Below are positions 40,845 to 51,785 of a stretch of DNA of 64,000 nt, one piece after another. The first letter of the stretch is position 1, and each line of letters opens with the position of its first letter. A program made the translations under genes and the position numbers. The notes beneath the pieces were generated by a model. That model worked only from the letters and a program-made list of their open reading frames with translations. It was not told the origin of the DNA and ran no database searches. The stretch comes from Bacteroidota bacterium (lineage in GTDB: Bacteria > Bacteroidota > Bacteroidia > AKYH767-A > 2013-40CM-41-45), in the NCBI GenBank assembly GCA_004295015.1, contig SHNE01000033.1:75421-139420 (forward strand). Reading direction: 5' to 3'.

Positions 40845-42665
40845 TCAAACTTGTAATTCGGAAGGTTCCGGAACCAACTCTTGTGCAATTGCACGACGAT
40901 GTTGGGCCAGGTCTTCAATGAAACTATCAATGTATGCTTTACTTTCCCTTTGAAAATCGGCAGAGAGTTTTTTATAGTATTCAATTCCCTCCAACAGATT
41001 GTTCTTGTAATTCTGCAGATGACGGTGCTGGATTTTATTCAGCTTACCTTGTCCATCTTTTATCTCTTGCTTGAAATGTTCAACGTAGAGCTTGAGTTCA
41101 TTCACAAACATGTTAGAACGTTTACCGGAGCCGAGAAGGTTTAGCCGTCCATAAATGTGATCAACCATTTCTTTCAATGAAAAGATTCCTGAAAAGTATG
41201 CCAGGTTAGGACCGGGGCATATGGCTACGGCATTAAGTTTATGAGGAGACTCAATATCATTTTTCAATCTGGCGGATTCTCCCAAGCCTTCGCAAAGACA
41301 ATCTTTCGCAACAATCTTTTCATATTGTTGATCGCGAATTTCTTGAGGTAACTGCAATCCATCGAGTTCTTTGAGTTTTAAATTCTGGTATTCACGGGAG
41401 GCTGTACAAATGGGCTTTTCCGTGAATTCTGTATTGGTTGAAAGATACTTCTTGTAACAGGGACTTCCGGGTCTGCCTTTCTCTATTCTTGCTTTACGTT
41501 GTATTTCTGAAGTGCTTTTTCGGAAGCTATGAATAGGAATTCCTAAAGGTGAGGAATGACTCAGGTAGTAATCATCTTTTTTGGCAGTAGCCAGTGCTCT
41601 CAAGGTTCGGTCATCAACATTCGTGGCTTCAGGTACCAATAGAAAAGGGCTTCCCCAACCGGTCGCATCTGCTTCAAAATAGTCTAACAAGAAATTATTT
41701 TCGTTCGCCGTTCCGATTCCTCCCTGTACAGTAATTTTCAATGATGTATCATCGGCCAGTTGATGCATGTCTTTAGCCGATAGATTTTTATTACAAAGCT
41801 CCATTAGCTCCTGTCGCAGAGTAAGCCTGTTCTGCTTGAATTCTTCGAGAATAGGTCCAAGTAGTTTGCCTTCAGTGGCAAAAGCATGCCCACCGCAATT
41901 CAAGCCGGATTCTATTCTATACTCTGAAATCCATACACCCTTCTTGGCCAGAATCTTTCCTTGGGTAATAGCAGATCTGTAATCACTCACCTTCAGAATG
42001 ATCTTCTTTTTTAATGTTGAATGTTTATCAGGAAAAAAATCGGCGAATGATTCTATGTAAGTATATAATAGCGGATTATACCCTGCAGATAAAACGACTG
42101 AAGAACTTAGATTGCTCAAAGCAAATCCGCGTAAAGCCGAAAGTGCATCAGAATATTCTCTACTCAATTCTTCTCCGGAACTACTGTAATTTATTCTGTC
42201 AGCCTTAGCCATAATGTTAACATCGATGGCACCTGCCTGAATACTTTGACGAAGTTGTTCCTGCAATTTTATTTTTTCAGCGCCTTCGTCGATTTCGAGC
42301 ATAGCAAGGAAGAGTTTCTTCAATGCAGCACTTTCAGGCAATAATTCGAAATATTTATAAATATCAGAGTCTTTATCAAATTCTTCTTTCTGAAGCGTCT
42401 CAATTTGTTCTTTCACCAGCTGTTCCATAAGATTGAGATATGCGCTGATTCGTTTGGCCCGAGCATCCTGGCTGCCACTTTTAATTTCATGGTATTCGAT
42501 ATTGTTTTTCTGACAATGAAAGCGGCGCATTTCCTCTACGAGTTCATCTTCGATAATGGAGACTACGGAATTGATTCCGTATTTGGCTACTTTTAAGGGA
42601 GTATCTATTGTAAATCCCAATCCCATAACCGGGATGTGAAAATTATGTGTCTTATTGGTTTGCAT
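40845..42665 (-). CDS. FMN-dependent NMO/FabK (nitronate monooxygenase / enoyl-ACP reductase II)-like TIM-barrel oxidoreductase with large insertions and a C-terminal extension
   Basis: Motifs align to the FabK/NMO family: PVMGLGFT (cf. GGMAWV), SGLNCGGHAF (cf. EAGGHIG), VQGGIGTA (cf. AAGGIADG). At 606 aa it is about twice the size of FabK. Confidence 0.45.
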   Translation of the reverse strand: MQTNKTHNFHIPVMGLGFTIDTPLKVAKYGINSVVSIIEDELVEEMRRFHCQKNNIEYHEIKSGSQDARAKRISAYLNLMEQLVKEQIETLQKEEFDKDSDIYKYFELLPESAALKKLFLAMLEIDEGAEKIKLQEQLRQSIQAGAIDVNIMAKADRINYSSSGEELSREYSDALSALRGFALSNLSSSVVLSAGYNPLLYTYIESFADFFPDKHSTLKKKIILKVSDYRSAITQGKILAKKGVWISEYRIESGLNCGGHAFATEGKLLGPILEEFKQNRLTLRQELMELCNKNLSAKDMHQLADDTSLKITVQGGIGTANENNFLLDYFEADATGWGSPFLLVPEATNVDDRTLRALATAKKDDYYLSHSSPLGIPIHSFRKSTSEIQRKARIEKGRPGSPCYKKYLSTNTEFTEKPICTASREYQNLKLKELDGLQLPQEIRDQQYEKIVAKDCLCEGLGESARLKNDIESPHKLNAVAICPGPNLAYFSGIFSLKEMVDHIYGRLNLLGSGKRSNMFVNELKLYVEHFKQEIKDGQGKLNKIQHRHLQNYKNNLLEGIEYYKKLSADFQRESKAYIDSFIEDLAQHRRAIAQELVPEPSELQV

Positions 42666-42856
42666 GTGGATGGAGGGATTCCCTTATTGAAAGGAGTCAC
42701 GCAAAAGTATGAAGATGAGCCATTTTAATGCCTGAGAAAGATCATATTCAGGACTGTGATATCGTTTCGATTGTTTAAATTATTGTTGAATATGGCAGGG
42801 AAAATTCGTCTCCTCGTGACGGGGAATTAATAACTTTGTAAAAAAATGAAGGTTTT

Positions 42857-43399
42857 ATGAATACATTCTCTCTCGGGATCGGTTCCCGCATTCGCCATAA
42901 GGAATTTGGAGATGGCGTGATCGTTCAGGTGAAACCGGAAGATTACACGATCACCTTTATGCAAAAAGGGATGCGTGAAATTGAAAGAACTTCCCCGGAT
43001 CTCGAAATCATTGATGCTAATGATCAGGATAATGATTTGGTGAGTTTGGCTGACATTGAGGTGCTGCTAGTCAATATTCTGAACAAGTATTCTGATATTC
43101 AGCAACGAGTAGACCTTGGACAGAAATGGATGGGAGGAAAAGTTATTCTGGAACCTGGCGATACTTCTATGAAATCTAAAGAGATTCCGATGGAAGTTTT
43201 CTTTAATAAAATTATTATGCTTCGTGATCGATTGCGGGTTCTCGAACAAAGGGTGAATTCTCATGATAAGTTAACGGAAGAAGATAAGGTTAATATGCAG
43301 CAATACATCACCAGATGCTATGGTTCTTTGACTACATTCAATGTGCTTTTCAAATATTCAACCGATAGTTTTGTAGGAGATAAAGGAAGCAAAGACTGA
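42857..43399 (+). CDS. Hypothetical protein
   Basis: 180-aa ORF divergent from the FabK-like gene. No recognisable motif. Confidence 0.4.
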   Translation: MNTFSLGIGSRIRHKEFGDGVIVQVKPEDYTITFMQKGMREIERTSPDLEIIDANDQDNDLVSLADIEVLLVNILNKYSDIQQRVDLGQKWMGGKVILEPGDTSMKSKEIPMEVFFNKIIMLRDRLRVLEQRVNSHDKLTEEDKVNMQQYITRCYGSLTTFNVLFKYSTDSFVGDKGSKD

Positions 43400-43529
43400 T
43401 TTGCTTCTGAAATTCTCAATTTGATAAAAACATATAAAACAGTCTACAAATATTTCGCAGAGTCTATTTGCACCTTTGCGTTTCTTTTAATCCAATATTA
43501 ATATCACTACACCGTCAGGAAAAGAAAAA

Positions 43530-45431
43530 ATGAATTATTTATCTGCTGAAAACCTGACAAAATCTTTTTCTGAAAAGATACTATTTGATTCCATTAGCTT
43601 CGGTATAGCCAAGGGTGAAAAGATCGCACTGGTAGCAAGAAATGGTGCCGGCAAAACAACCCTCATGCGGATTCTCGCCGGTTTGGAAAGTCCTGAAGGA
43701 GGTCAAGTAACCTTGAGAAACGATATCCGAATGGTTTATCTTGATCAGGATCCGCAACTAGATCCTGAGCTGACCATTCTTGAAAGTATTTTTCATGATG
43801 ATAGTCCGGTAGTGAAAGTCATAAGGGATTATGAGGCATGTCTTGAGAGAAATGAAGAAGATCCATCGGAAAGTGCACAAGCGGAATTGCACGAACTAAT
43901 CTCCAAAATGGAGGATGCAAATGCCTGGGACTATGAAGTTCGGGTACGTCAGGTTCTTTCTCAGCTGGATATTCATCACCTGAACCATAAAGTAAAGACA
44001 CTTTCAGGCGGACAAAGAAAACGAATAGCTCTGGCCAAAGTGCTCCTTGAACCGGCGGACTTGATACTGATGGACGAACCTACCAACCACCTTGATGTGG
44101 AAATGGTGGAATGGCTGGAAGATTATTTAACACAATCGAATTTATCCATCTTTATTGTTACACACGACAGGTATTTTCTTGATAATGTCTGCAATAAAAT
44201 AATGGAACTGGATCGTGGAAAATTGTATTCCTACGATGGAAATTTTTCCTATTTCCTTGAGAAAAAACTGGAAAGAGAAGTGAATGAGTCAAGTGAAATG
44301 GATAAAGCAAATAATATCCTTCGTACTGAATTGGAATGGATACGTCGTATGCCGAAAGCACGAGGTACTAAATCCAAATCAAGAGTTGATTCATTCTATG
44401 CTTTGAAAGAAAAAACAAGTGGGAAGAAAGTAGAAGAGAAAGTCAAGCTGGATGTGAAAATGAATCGCATCGGTGGAAAAGTTATTGAGTTGAAAAAGGT
44501 TTACAAATCATTCAAAGATCTTAAAATCCTGAATGGCTTCGATTATACATTTAAAACCGGTGAACGAATAGGGATTGTTGGGAAAAATGGTTGTGGAAAA
44601 TCTACCTTCCTGAATATGCTCGTAGGTCTTGAACAACCCGATTCAGGAAAGATTAATGTAGGTGAGACAATTGTTTTCGGATATTATTCGCAGCAGGGAT
44701 TGCATCTCAAGGAAGACAAACGCGTTATTGAAGTAGTAAAGGATTATGCCGAAGTAATTCAATTAAGTGATGGAACAAAAGTACAAGCATCTCAATTTTT
44801 GAATCTATTTCAATTTCCGCCTGATCAGCAGCACACTTTCGTTTCAAAGTTGAGTGGAGGAGAGAGAAGAAGGCTTCATTTGCTGACAGTACTTGTACGA
44901 AATCCCAATTTTCTCATTCTTGATGAGCCGACCAATGACCTTGATCTGATTACACTGGGTGTGTTGGAAGAATTCCTGCTTCATTACAAAGGATGTCTGC
45001 TCGTAGTAAGTCATGATCGATATTTCATGGATAAGCTGGTGGATCATATGTTTATTTTCGAAGGAGAAGGAAGAATTCGTGATTTCAACGGGACCTATAG
45101 TGATTACCATAAAGAAAAGGAATTAAAAGCCAGAGAACTGGCAAAGATGAAATCACAGGAGTCAAAGTCGGCAAAGGAGAAAGAAGCTACCGTTCTTCCT
45201 GCTGCCCTTGAGAAGAAGAAATTCACCTATAAAGAAAAACTGGAGTTTGAAACCTTAGAAAAGGAGATTGCTTCACTAGAAGCGGAGAAAGTTTCGCTGA
45301 CAAATCAAATGAGTGTTGATTCTGCAAACCACGAAGAGCTGAGAAACTGGGCTGAACGAATGGATGAAGTGATGCGTGCCATTGATGAAAAGTCGATACG
45401 TTGGCTTGAGCTCTCGGAAATGGCCGGTTGA
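43530..45431 (+). CDS. ABC-F family ATPase (EttA/Uup-like translation factor)
   Basis: Two ABC ATPase cassettes (Walker A GAGKTT / GCGKST, signature LSGGQ/LSGGE) with no TM domain. C-terminal coiled coil. Confidence 0.9.
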   Translation: MNYLSAENLTKSFSEKILFDSISFGIAKGEKIALVARNGAGKTTLMRILAGLESPEGGQVTLRNDIRMVYLDQDPQLDPELTILESIFHDDSPVVKVIRDYEACLERNEEDPSESAQAELHELISKMEDANAWDYEVRVRQVLSQLDIHHLNHKVKTLSGGQRKRIALAKVLLEPADLILMDEPTNHLDVEMVEWLEDYLTQSNLSIFIVTHDRYFLDNVCNKIMELDRGKLYSYDGNFSYFLEKKLEREVNESSEMDKANNILRTELEWIRRMPKARGTKSKSRVDSFYALKEKTSGKKVEEKVKLDVKMNRIGGKVIELKKVYKSFKDLKILNGFDYTFKTGERIGIVGKNGCGKSTFLNMLVGLEQPDSGKINVGETIVFGYYSQQGLHLKEDKRVIEVVKDYAEVIQLSDGTKVQASQFLNLFQFPPDQQHTFVSKLSGGERRRLHLLTVLVRNPNFLILDEPTNDLDLITLGVLEEFLLHYKGCLLVVSHDRYFMDKLVDHMFIFEGEGRIRDFNGTYSDYHKEKELKARELAKMKSQESKSAKEKEATVLPAALEKKKFTYKEKLEFETLEKEIASLEAEKVSLTNQMSVDSANHEELRNWAERMDEVMRAIDEKSIRWLELSEMAG

Positions 45432-45522
45432 TTTTTCTATTGTGAATAAATTCCCGAAATAATTATCGGATTAAGCCTGAACATTACGTTCTTTATTGTG
45501 GCTTTGATTCAATCTCTCCTTC

Positions 45523-46803
45523 ATGATAAAAGCAATTCTTAGAAACCGGGAAGCATTTAAGGTTTTTCAGTATCTTAATTTCAGAAGATTTATTTTTTCT
45601 AAATTTTTATTTTCTCTCGCACTCCAGATACAATTTGTAGTGTTGAGTTGGCATGTTTATGAGATCACAAAAGACCCCTTATCGCTCGGGCTTATTGGTC
45701 TCGCAGAAGCGATCCCTGCAGTTTCGTTGGCATTATTTGGCGGACATGTTGCCGATCGGAATGACAGACGAAAAATTATGGCCATAGTACAGTTTTGTAT
45801 GCTCCTTTGCTCTTTTGTTCTACTTGGTATTACACTTTATTTCAAGAATCTCCCGGCGGAATCACAATCTGCCCTTCCTTTTTACATAGTCATGTTTGTA
45901 ATAGGAATAATACGCGCTTTCTACAGTCCGGCACAGTTGCCACTTATGACCCAGCTAATTCCGCGTTCTGCTTATGCAAATTCTTCGGCATGGAGTAGTA
46001 CGGTTTGGCATATTGCTGTTGTTGTAGGTTCTTCAGTGGGTGGCTTGATGCTTGGTTTCCTTGGAAAAACATTTACCTATTCAAGTGTAATAGTACTCAT
46101 CGTGGCTGCACTTATACAGATGATTCGAATTCCACCTCAACCGGTGCAGGTAAGTGTTCTGAACGAAGGAATGAGAAAAAGTATAAAGGAAGGGATACGT
46201 TTTGTTTTTAAGAATCAGGCCATCGTTGGAGCGCTATTGTTAGATTTGATAGCTGTCTTGTTTGGTGGCGCTATGGCTATGTTACCAATATTTGCCAGTG
46301 ATATACTTGAAGTCGGAGAGAAGGGTTATGGCTTTTTAAGAGCTGCACCTTTTGCAGGTTCTGTGGTCATGGCACTATATATGACACGTTATCCGCCTCT
46401 TCATAATTCAGGCAGGAAACTGATGTTTTGTGTAGCCGGTTTCGCAGTATGTATGATTGTGTTCGCCTTAAGCAAGAATTTCTACCTGTCTCTTTTTATC
46501 CTGGCCTTAAGTGGTGGTTTTGATAATGTAAGCGTAGTTATTCGTTCTACAATTATTCAGTTGCTAACTCCGGACGAGATGCGTGGACGGGTATCATCTG
46601 TAAGTACCATGTTTATCAGTTCATCGAATGAAATTGGTGCATTTGAATCAGGCTTTGCGGCCAAGTTGATGGGATTAATTCCATCTGTAATTTTTGGAGG
46701 CGGTGTCGCTCTCCTGGCTGTGGGTGGCACGGCATTATGGATGCCCGGATTGCGGAAATTATCTTTGGATGAAATTGAAAAGGAAAGCAATAGCAAAGAC
46801 TGA
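45523..46803 (+). CDS. MFS transporter
   Basis: 12 predicted TM helices and an MFS-like motif (GGHVADRNDRRKIM). Confidence 0.85.
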   Translation: MIKAILRNREAFKVFQYLNFRRFIFSKFLFSLALQIQFVVLSWHVYEITKDPLSLGLIGLAEAIPAVSLALFGGHVADRNDRRKIMAIVQFCMLLCSFVLLGITLYFKNLPAESQSALPFYIVMFVIGIIRAFYSPAQLPLMTQLIPRSAYANSSAWSSTVWHIAVVVGSSVGGLMLGFLGKTFTYSSVIVLIVAALIQMIRIPPQPVQVSVLNEGMRKSIKEGIRFVFKNQAIVGALLLDLIAVLFGGAMAMLPIFASDILEVGEKGYGFLRAAPFAGSVVMALYMTRYPPLHNSGRKLMFCVAGFAVCMIVFALSKNFYLSLFILALSGGFDNVSVVIRSTIIQLLTPDEMRGRVSSVSTMFISSSNEIGAFESGFAAKLMGLIPSVIFGGGVALLAVGGTALWMPGLRKLSLDEIEKESNSKD

Positions 46804-46836
46804 TATGCTTTATTTTTCATTTATTTTTTTGTAAAT

Positions 46837-47346
46837 TTGAGTATAATCTTTCTCACTATGTTTATACCATCAAACGAAATGCCGCCACATTCGCGGGTGT
46901 GGGTTTATCAGTCAAGCCGACCTTTAACTGATTCCGAAGCAGAATTGATCATATCCAAAACGAATGAATTTGTAGAAACATGGACAGCACATAAAGCTGC
47001 TCTTAAGGCCAGCTTTGAGTTACGCTACAATCAATTTCTGATTTTAATGATTGACGAAAAGCAGGCAATGGCAAGTGGTTGCTCGATTGATTCATCTGTT
47101 CATTTTGTTAAATCTCTCGAGAAAGAGATGAATTTATCATTCTTCGATCGGCTTGTTCTGGCTTATTGGGCTGATGGAATTTTAAAACTTGTTTCCAAGG
47201 ATGAGTTTGAAAAGCGAATGGAAAAAGGTGAGATTAATGAAGATACAATTGTCTTCAATAACCTTGTTCAAAGTAAAATTGATTTAGACACTAAATGGGA
47301 AGGTCCACTCAAAAACAGCTGGCACAAGGCTTTGTTAGAGGTCTGA
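46837..47346 (+). CDS. Hypothetical conserved protein
   Basis: 169-aa ORF, soluble. Confidence 0.4.
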   Translation: MSIIFLTMFIPSNEMPPHSRVWVYQSSRPLTDSEAELIISKTNEFVETWTAHKAALKASFELRYNQFLILMIDEKQAMASGCSIDSSVHFVKSLEKEMNLSFFDRLVLAYWADGILKLVSKDEFEKRMEKGEINEDTIVFNNLVQSKIDLDTKWEGPLKNSWHKALLEV

Positions 47347-47411
47347 TTTTATTATTTGCAGTTGTAATTTCAGATTATGGGTGCTGGATTTATCTTGCCT
47401 AAATTTGTTCG

Positions 47412-47933
47412 ATGGATTCAATTATTGTAAGGGCTGTTTATCCTGAAGAGTACAAGCTCTTAGCGAAATTAGGACGTGAAACTTTTTACGAAACCTGGAA
47501 AGATTATAACACGGAAGCCGATATGCAGCTTTATCTGAAAGAGGCCTTCAGTGAGGAGAAAATTAAAATCGATTTGTTGAATGATGGCATTAATACTTTT
47601 TTATTTGCACTTGAAAATAATATTCCTGTCGCTTATGCTAAACTAAGAAACGACCGCACCTATTCCGAATTTGAAGGCACGAAAACGCTGGAGATGGAGA
47701 GGATATATGTAAGGAAGGAATACCAGGGTAAATCACCGGGAAGATTACTTATGGATGAAAGTATTAAAATTGCGGAAAACAACCATTGCGAGTGGATATG
47801 GCTCGGAGTAAATATCGATAATCATAGGGCAATTGCTTTTTATAAGCGCTATGGTTTTGAAATTTTCGGGACAAAAATGTTTAAGCTGGGTGATGCAGAG
47901 GATCAGGATTACCTGATGAAGAGAAAGTTGTAA
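47412..47933 (+). CDS. GNAT family N-acetyltransferase
   Basis: Acetyl-CoA binding region (…IAFYKRYGFEI…). Confidence 0.8.
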   Translation: MDSIIVRAVYPEEYKLLAKLGRETFYETWKDYNTEADMQLYLKEAFSEEKIKIDLLNDGINTFLFALENNIPVAYAKLRNDRTYSEFEGTKTLEMERIYVRKEYQGKSPGRLLMDESIKIAENNHCEWIWLGVNIDNHRAIAFYKRYGFEIFGTKMFKLGDAEDQDYLMKRKL

Positions 47934-47951
47934 AATGTTCTTTAATTGATA

Positions 47952-50513
47952 TTAGTTATCATAGAAGTCTTTTCTCTTGATGAGTTTTAAATCCTGAAGT
48001 ATTGGTGATTTCACATTGATTTGAAAATTATAACTCTCCTGGAATCCGAATGGAATCCAGTTCAGGCGCATTTCCCAGCAATGAAGATCCCTGAAAATAT
48101 TAACGCCAAAATTGGTGAAACGTCCTTCAACAAGATCATACCAACTGTTGAAACCGACTTTCCATTGAGGTGTCAGACTTAAATCTCCGTTTATACTGGC
48201 CGATTGATTTGTTTGTGATGATAAATTACCTTGACGTGAAAATGAGTAAGTATAGCTGACACTCAGGTTGTAAGGAATGTCGAAATCTACATACTCTTCA
48301 GGATGATTGTATATATAGTCGAGCTCCTGACGACTGTACTTGGTACTGGTTTTCTTTTTTTGTTTCGCCAGTGAAAAGCTCATCGATAAGTTGGCATTGG
48401 TCATACGAAAGAGTTTCCCGGTCTCATCATACAGGTATCGATCGTAGTCGATGTTGTTTTCATCAAAGGCGTAAGGATTAAAGGTTCCTCCGAAATTGAT
48501 GCCAATTCTATTGAATAATGTGGTTCTTCCGCTGATGCTCAAGGGGCTCCATTTCATTGAATCAGCTATGAGATTATAGTTTGTGCTTAGTCTAAAACTT
48601 TCCAATAGTTTGATTTTCTTTTCGGTGGCACCTGTATCTGATCTGGTACGCACTTTCATTTCCAGGTTATTATCGAGGCCAAATGAAAGTGATCCAAATT
48701 TGCCTCCTGAAGGTCCTCCATAAACTGAATTCTGGAACAGGGAATAGGTTAAGGTTCTTCCTGTGGTATCAGCTTGTATCGTTTTATAATACCCAAATTT
48801 CGACTGACTGAAATCCGGCCGATAGTTGAAAGAAGCAGTAGGAGTTAAGACGTGGCGTAGCGCAGAAACAGGTCCCTTTTTCATAAGGTACATTCCATAA
48901 ACTCTCGTAGAAAGTCCGGCACTCAACTGATAATCTCTTGCTGCTTTAAATTTATTTTCAACGATGGTATCAATTTTCCGGTTTTCAGAATTCCATTCAT
49001 ATTGGGTAGTTTTGAAATACCAGCGTTCAGAGTAGGTGGCAGATGGACTCAGCGTAAAAAACTTCAAGACCTTGAAGGAAGTGGATAAGGGAATATTATG
49101 CTGTATGCCATTCTTGAATTCTTTAAGACTTTCTTCTCTGAATAACAGTGTGTCTTTTGTCTGGATATAATTGGTCGCCCGAAGTGAATAGCTTGTTCCG
49201 ATTTTTTCGTACCACTTTTGCGCTCCAATAGCTTGTTTGCGTTTAAAGGGACTTATTCTGGAAACATTAAAGCTCACATCCGGTGCCGTAATCCGTATAT
49301 CTTTTGTAATAGTGTTCTGAGTATGATTTACAGATATTCCAAGATTAATCGGTTTGTCGGGAAATGATTTGGCGTAGGCAACAGACGATTGGAATGTGTT
49401 GGATAAAAAATTGTTCACCGATGAAATTGTGTTCTGATAGTATTTGGAAGAACCTGCACTTATGTTCGCATTGAATGATCTATATGGATTCGCCTTAGGA
49501 TCCTGGCTATGAGTCCAATATAAATGGAAGTCTTTTTGAGCATTATAGTCAGGAAGTTCTCTTTCACTGTTTATCGAATAGGCATAGCTCAGTCGTACAT
49601 TACCTGAATATCTGTATCTTTTTTTATATATTGAAGAAGCATCGATTGTATAGCTGCCTTTGGTATATAAGTCGGTGGTAAGTGCAAGGTTGAAGTGATC
49701 ATTAAAACCAAAATAATAACCAAGATGTTGGAAATAAAACCCACGTTCTGCCGACTCTCCGAAAGCCGGAAAAATTAAACCTGAAGCACGTCCTTTTTTA
49801 TTCGGGAAAAAACCGAAAGGTATAACCAAGGGAGTAGGTACTTGCTCAATTGTTAAGTAGGCAGGGCCGGTTACAATTTTATTGTTGGAAATAACTTTTA
49901 ATTTATTTGAAGAAATGGAATAATGTGGTGTGTCAAGGTTACAGGTAGTATACTGTCCATGTTTGATGAAGAAGTTGTTTGAAGGATCTTTTTTCACAAC
50001 CTCACCATGAATATATCCATCACCTTCCTGAGTAATTACATAAGATATTCTTCCTTTTTTCGTTTCAAAATTATAGCGGATGGCATTGGAACGAAATTCC
50101 TGGGCTCCCTGAGAATATTTCGGCGTTCCGCTAAGCTTGCCAAGACTATCCGGAGTACCTTCAGCGAAGAGTTCCTTAGCTGACATGTTGATCTTGATAT
50201 AGTTTGCTTCTAAATGGAGATCCTCATAATCTACTGTCGCCTGGCCGTATAAGTGCACGGTCTCATTCGCCAGATCAGCTACTATGGAGTCCTTTGCATG
50301 GTATTTGATCTTAGACTTGAGGGTGTTATCAGAGGAAATGAGAGTGTCAGCAGAAATAGTTAGGGAGTCGTTCAACAGGATTGTATCAGCTGAGGCAATC
50401 ACCACCGAATCCTGAACTATTGCCAAAGGCTTTGAACCAACAGCAAATTGTTGAAAAACAAGCAGGAACACCACGAAAAGCAGGGCTGATATTTTGGATA
50501 CTTGCGACAACAA
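47952..50513 (-). CDS. lptD: LPS-assembly protein LptD-like outer-membrane protein (OstA N-terminal domain plus beta-barrel)
   Basis: Signal peptide and an OstA/LptA-like beta-jellyroll N-terminus, followed by a ~650-aa region rich in alternating aromatic beta-strands. Confidence 0.65.
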   Translation of the reverse strand: MLSQVSKISALLFVVFLLVFQQFAVGSKPLAIVQDSVVIASADTILLNDSLTISADTLISSDNTLKSKIKYHAKDSIVADLANETVHLYGQATVDYEDLHLEANYIKINMSAKELFAEGTPDSLGKLSGTPKYSQGAQEFRSNAIRYNFETKKGRISYVITQEGDGYIHGEVVKKDPSNNFFIKHGQYTTCNLDTPHYSISSNKLKVISNNKIVTGPAYLTIEQVPTPLVIPFGFFPNKKGRASGLIFPAFGESAERGFYFQHLGYYFGFNDHFNLALTTDLYTKGSYTIDASSIYKKRYRYSGNVRLSYAYSINSERELPDYNAQKDFHLYWTHSQDPKANPYRSFNANISAGSSKYYQNTISSVNNFLSNTFQSSVAYAKSFPDKPINLGISVNHTQNTITKDIRITAPDVSFNVSRISPFKRKQAIGAQKWYEKIGTSYSLRATNYIQTKDTLLFREESLKEFKNGIQHNIPLSTSFKVLKFFTLSPSATYSERWYFKTTQYEWNSENRKIDTIVENKFKAARDYQLSAGLSTRVYGMYLMKKGPVSALRHVLTPTASFNYRPDFSQSKFGYYKTIQADTTGRTLTYSLFQNSVYGGPSGGKFGSLSFGLDNNLEMKVRTRSDTGATEKKIKLLESFRLSTNYNLIADSMKWSPLSISGRTTLFNRIGINFGGTFNPYAFDENNIDYDRYLYDETGKLFRMTNANLSMSFSLAKQKKKTSTKYSRQELDYIYNHPEEYVDFDIPYNLSVSYTYSFSRQGNLSSQTNQSASINGDLSLTPQWKVGFNSWYDLVEGRFTNFGVNIFRDLHCWEMRLNWIPFGFQESYNFQINVKSPILQDLKLIKRKDFYDN

Positions 50514-50583
50514 CAGGAGCTTTAAAATAGGAATTTTGACGCCAAAACTAAGGAAAAAATATCGTCCCGGATTTATTCATCTG

Positions 50584-51708
50584 ATGAAACTGACATGTCT
50601 TGTATGCCTGCTTCTGTGTAGCTCCTTTTCACCACCGTTAAAGACGCATTACTCTTTGAGTCGTGTTGTGATCGACGCCGGCCATGGTGGCCATGATTCA
50701 GGTTGTTTAGGCAGCAAATCCAAAGAGAAAGACATCGCTTTAAATATTGCGCTCAAACTGGGTGCTTACATCGAAGAGAACTTTCCTGATGTAAAAGTCA
50801 TTTATACAAGAAACAAAGATGTATTTGTCGAGTTGCACGAAAGAGCCACTATTGCCAACAACGCAAAAGCAGACCTTTTTATTTGTATTCATGCTAACTC
50901 TGCATGTTATTTTGACAAGAAAAAGAAAAAGGAGTTATGCAATAAACTCACACACGGTGCGGAAACCTGGGTGATGGGACTAAACAAGTCAGAAGCAAAC
51001 TTAGAGGTGTCTAAGCGGGAAAACGAAGTTGTGTTGCTCGAGAAGGATTACACTAAACAGTATGATGGATTTGATCCCAATAGTCCCGAAGCGAACATTA
51101 TTTTTTCTTTGTACCAAAATGCTTTCTTGGATCAGAGTCTAAAAATGGCTTCCTACATTCAACAAGAGTTCACAAAAAATGGAAGAAATAACAGGGGAGT
51201 GAAGCAAGCAGGTTTTCTTGTCCTGTATAAGACCACCATGCCCAGTATTTTAATTGAGACCGGTTTTTTATCTAATCCGGATGAAGAAAAATACCTTGCC
51301 TCTGACAAAGGGCAAACTGAAACTGCCCAGGCAATCTATCAGGCATTCAAGTCATATAAGCACAATGTGGAGATCGCCGCCTCGAGATCAGAAACGAAGA
51401 TCGAGAGTAAAACCGATAAAAAGATTACGGAATCCAATGATTTGTTATTCGGTGTTCAGATTCTACTTGCACCTAAGCCCTTGAAAAAAGGTGATCCTGA
51501 CTTCAAGGGTATCGAAAATGCTATCGAAGAATTGGATCGCGGTACTTATAAGTATACTGTAGAACGTTTTACAAGTTTAGACGAAGCCATTGATATGCAA
51601 GTGAAGATGCGCGAAAAGGGATTTAAAGATGCATTCATCGTTCCCTTTCATAACAAGAAGAGGATCAGTATGAAAGATGCACGGCAATTATTGGAACGGA
51701 CTAATTGA
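50584..51708 (+). CDS. N-acetylmuramoyl-L-alanine amidase (Amidase_3/AmiC family) with C-terminal SPOR-like domain
   Basis: VVIDAGHGGHDSG motif. Lipoprotein-like signal sequence (LVCLLLCSS). Start at MKLTCLV; the ORF-track start at 50494 overlaps lptD. Confidence 0.8.
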   Translation: MKLTCLVCLLLCSSFSPPLKTHYSLSRVVIDAGHGGHDSGCLGSKSKEKDIALNIALKLGAYIEENFPDVKVIYTRNKDVFVELHERATIANNAKADLFICIHANSACYFDKKKKKELCNKLTHGAETWVMGLNKSEANLEVSKRENEVVLLEKDYTKQYDGFDPNSPEANIIFSLYQNAFLDQSLKMASYIQQEFTKNGRNNRGVKQAGFLVLYKTTMPSILIETGFLSNPDEEKYLASDKGQTETAQAIYQAFKSYKHNVEIAASRSETKIESKTDKKITESNDLLFGVQILLAPKPLKKGDPDFKGIENAIEELDRGTYKYTVERFTSLDEAIDMQVKMREKGFKDAFIVPFHNKKRISMKDARQLLERTN

Positions 51709-51785
51709 AGGAAAATATTTACTTTTAAAAAAAATCTATCGGGTTTGAATTATTGTTTTCTTAGGCTCAGACAGATAATGTACGT

